From Rhizaria sp. SCN 62-66 (taxonomy: Eukaryota), in assembly GCA_001724265.1 (NCBI GenBank), contig MEDY01000113.1, positions 58,660 to 78,659 of the forward strand: a DNA stretch of 20,000 nucleotides, read 5' to 3'. Of the stretch, positions 18,464 to 20,000 are shown one piece after another (the stretch's first letter is position 1; the number at the start of each line of letters is the position of its first letter). The notes below the pieces were generated by a model. The model worked only from the letters and a program-made list of their open reading frames with translations. It was not told the origin of the DNA and searched no databases. The translations under genes and the position numbers were made by a program.

Positions 18464-19207
18464 GCGCTGCAAAGTTCGTGCCTCTTAAGATGAAGTATTG
18501 GCTGGAGATTGCAAAAAAAGGCCAGAATTGTTCAGGCGCGCGTGTGCGGCGCCGTAGTTGTTTCTAACTTAAATTACGCAGTTTTTATGTTGAACGCATG
18601 ATGTTATGCGCTATTTCATGGTTGTTTGTATGTGGTAGATCTATTTTGACTGGTTTGTTATTTTTCGAGCAGTCAAAGTGTTTGACCATGGTATTCTTGT
18701 TACACAGTGTAATCTTATGTTAACATATTTAAAAAAAATCACTTTCCGACTGATTTTTTTTTAAGAACAGAAGTACACGTACATTTATATATTGTTCTCG
18801 CAAGTGTTATATGTATTGATTAGACTTCGTAATCTTAAGATAATCTCAGTTGTACGCCGCAATTACAGCACATATCACAGCTTGAACTACTTTCCCTTGT
18901 TGATAAACTTGATAAGTGACTCTTCTTCAGCGCTGCGCTTTAGCCGCGCCGCGACCCACCCAGCACCGCACTACTCTGCTCTGCTCAGCCACCGCCCCGT
19001 CATTCGAGGACACTCATACCCGCACACAGGCGACGGGGCGGCGCGACGACAACAGCGCTCGCTCTGCCGGTCCTACCTGTGCACTCACATACACTCATAG
19101 TTTTGTTTCGCCACCGGTTTACGACTTGATGCACACGCTGAACTGCGATTTAACTAAATTTCACAGCAGACATCGCATGTTAAGTGCGCGTACACACACG
19201 TGACCGT

Positions 19208-19672
19208 TTACGCATGAGGATCATAGAGTCCACGGTACTCAGCCCTAACATCGGCGTACGTCGCATTTGTCGCCTCCAGGTATTCCTTTGCATGTTTCAA
19301 GGCAGCGGCCGCGGCATTCGCCGCGTCCAGTGCGTCTTCCGCCGCTTTTAGATCGGCTTGCGCCTCATCTGAATTGGCTTCAAAACCTTTTATAAGAGTC
19401 GCAGCGTTGAGAGCCAAAAACTGATGCTGACTGGCTGATCCTGCTTTTGTGGCAACGAGCTCCACCTTGCGTGTTGCATCTTTAATAGCCTTGGAGGCGA
19501 TCTTTAGGTAACCACGCATCGCATTCTCGTTCGCGTTCGCTTGACGAGCGTTATTCATAGCAGCGACAGCCTTGTTGACCTACTCCACCACACACTCTAG
19601 GTAGTTTTGAGCCTCAGCGGCAGCCTCCCATGCCTTAGAGCAATGAGCTGAGGAGCTGGACTCGGTTGGCAT
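19208..19672 (-). pseudogene. Ala-rich alpha-helical ORF of 154 codons with one in-frame TAG (codon 31); pseudogene, or a 116-aa gene starting at 19558
   Basis: ATG 19672 gives MPTESSSSAHCSKAWEAAAEAQNYLECVVE*VNKAVAAMNNARQAN..., in the same frame as the 19558-19208 ORF. TAG at 19580-19582, final stop TAA. AT-rich sequence begins directly upstream of ATG 19672. Confidence 0.55.
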
Positions 19673-20000
19673 AGTCTTATTGTTCATTCGATTCAAATAC
19701 AGTGAGGAACCCGACCAAAAAGAACAAATTAGAAACAATATACAAAATAAACATCGTTTGAAATACGGGTAAGTGATAAAAACAGTGTTTGGATAGCACC
19801 GTAGCTGTCAAACTCGTGTTTTGTTATCAAAGATATTTTTTTAATCCACGGAAAGCAGCCTAAAACAAACCGAAGCAGCGCACGTTACAGAGAAGACATG
19901 ATGTGACGCACGACATTTTACATAAAAAAGCATGTGAGACGGTGACGAAGACGGCCAACGGTGTATTCCCCTCGCTGTGTCCAAAGGTGGTGTTTCTGTG

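Noticed and set aside
18792..19203. ORFs 18792..19100 and 18916..19203
   Set aside because: Non-ATG starts, partly AT-rich, no recognisable product; only the GC island is reported.
19885..20000. Possible coding end on the minus strand (…EGNTPLAVFV…, ankyrin-like GNTPL)
   Set aside because: Too short and truncated by the window edge to support.

Overview
Eukaryotic, probably protist, nuclear DNA. Exons are very GC-rich and Ala-rich; introns (GT-AG, 145-202 nt) and intergenic spacers are short and AT-rich. Six genes alternate strand (+ - + - + -): (1) a 5'-truncated giant TPR protein (to 6121); (2) a two-exon calpain-like protein with a degenerate catalytic triad and three copies of a small beta-rich domain; (3) a divergent UBA3 (NEDD8 E1 catalytic subunit); (4) a two-exon low-complexity orphan protein; (5) a three-exon mitochondrial-type FAD glycerol-3-phosphate dehydrogenase (GPD2) with an apparent +1 frameshift at GAA-AGA-GTT-TGA and a ~180-aa insertion; (6) a lower-GC helical ORF broken by one in-frame TAG. 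No rRNA, tRNA, CRISPR array or recognisable mobile element was seen. The taxon cannot be fixed from the sequence alone. All family calls come from motif recognition by eye, not from database searches.
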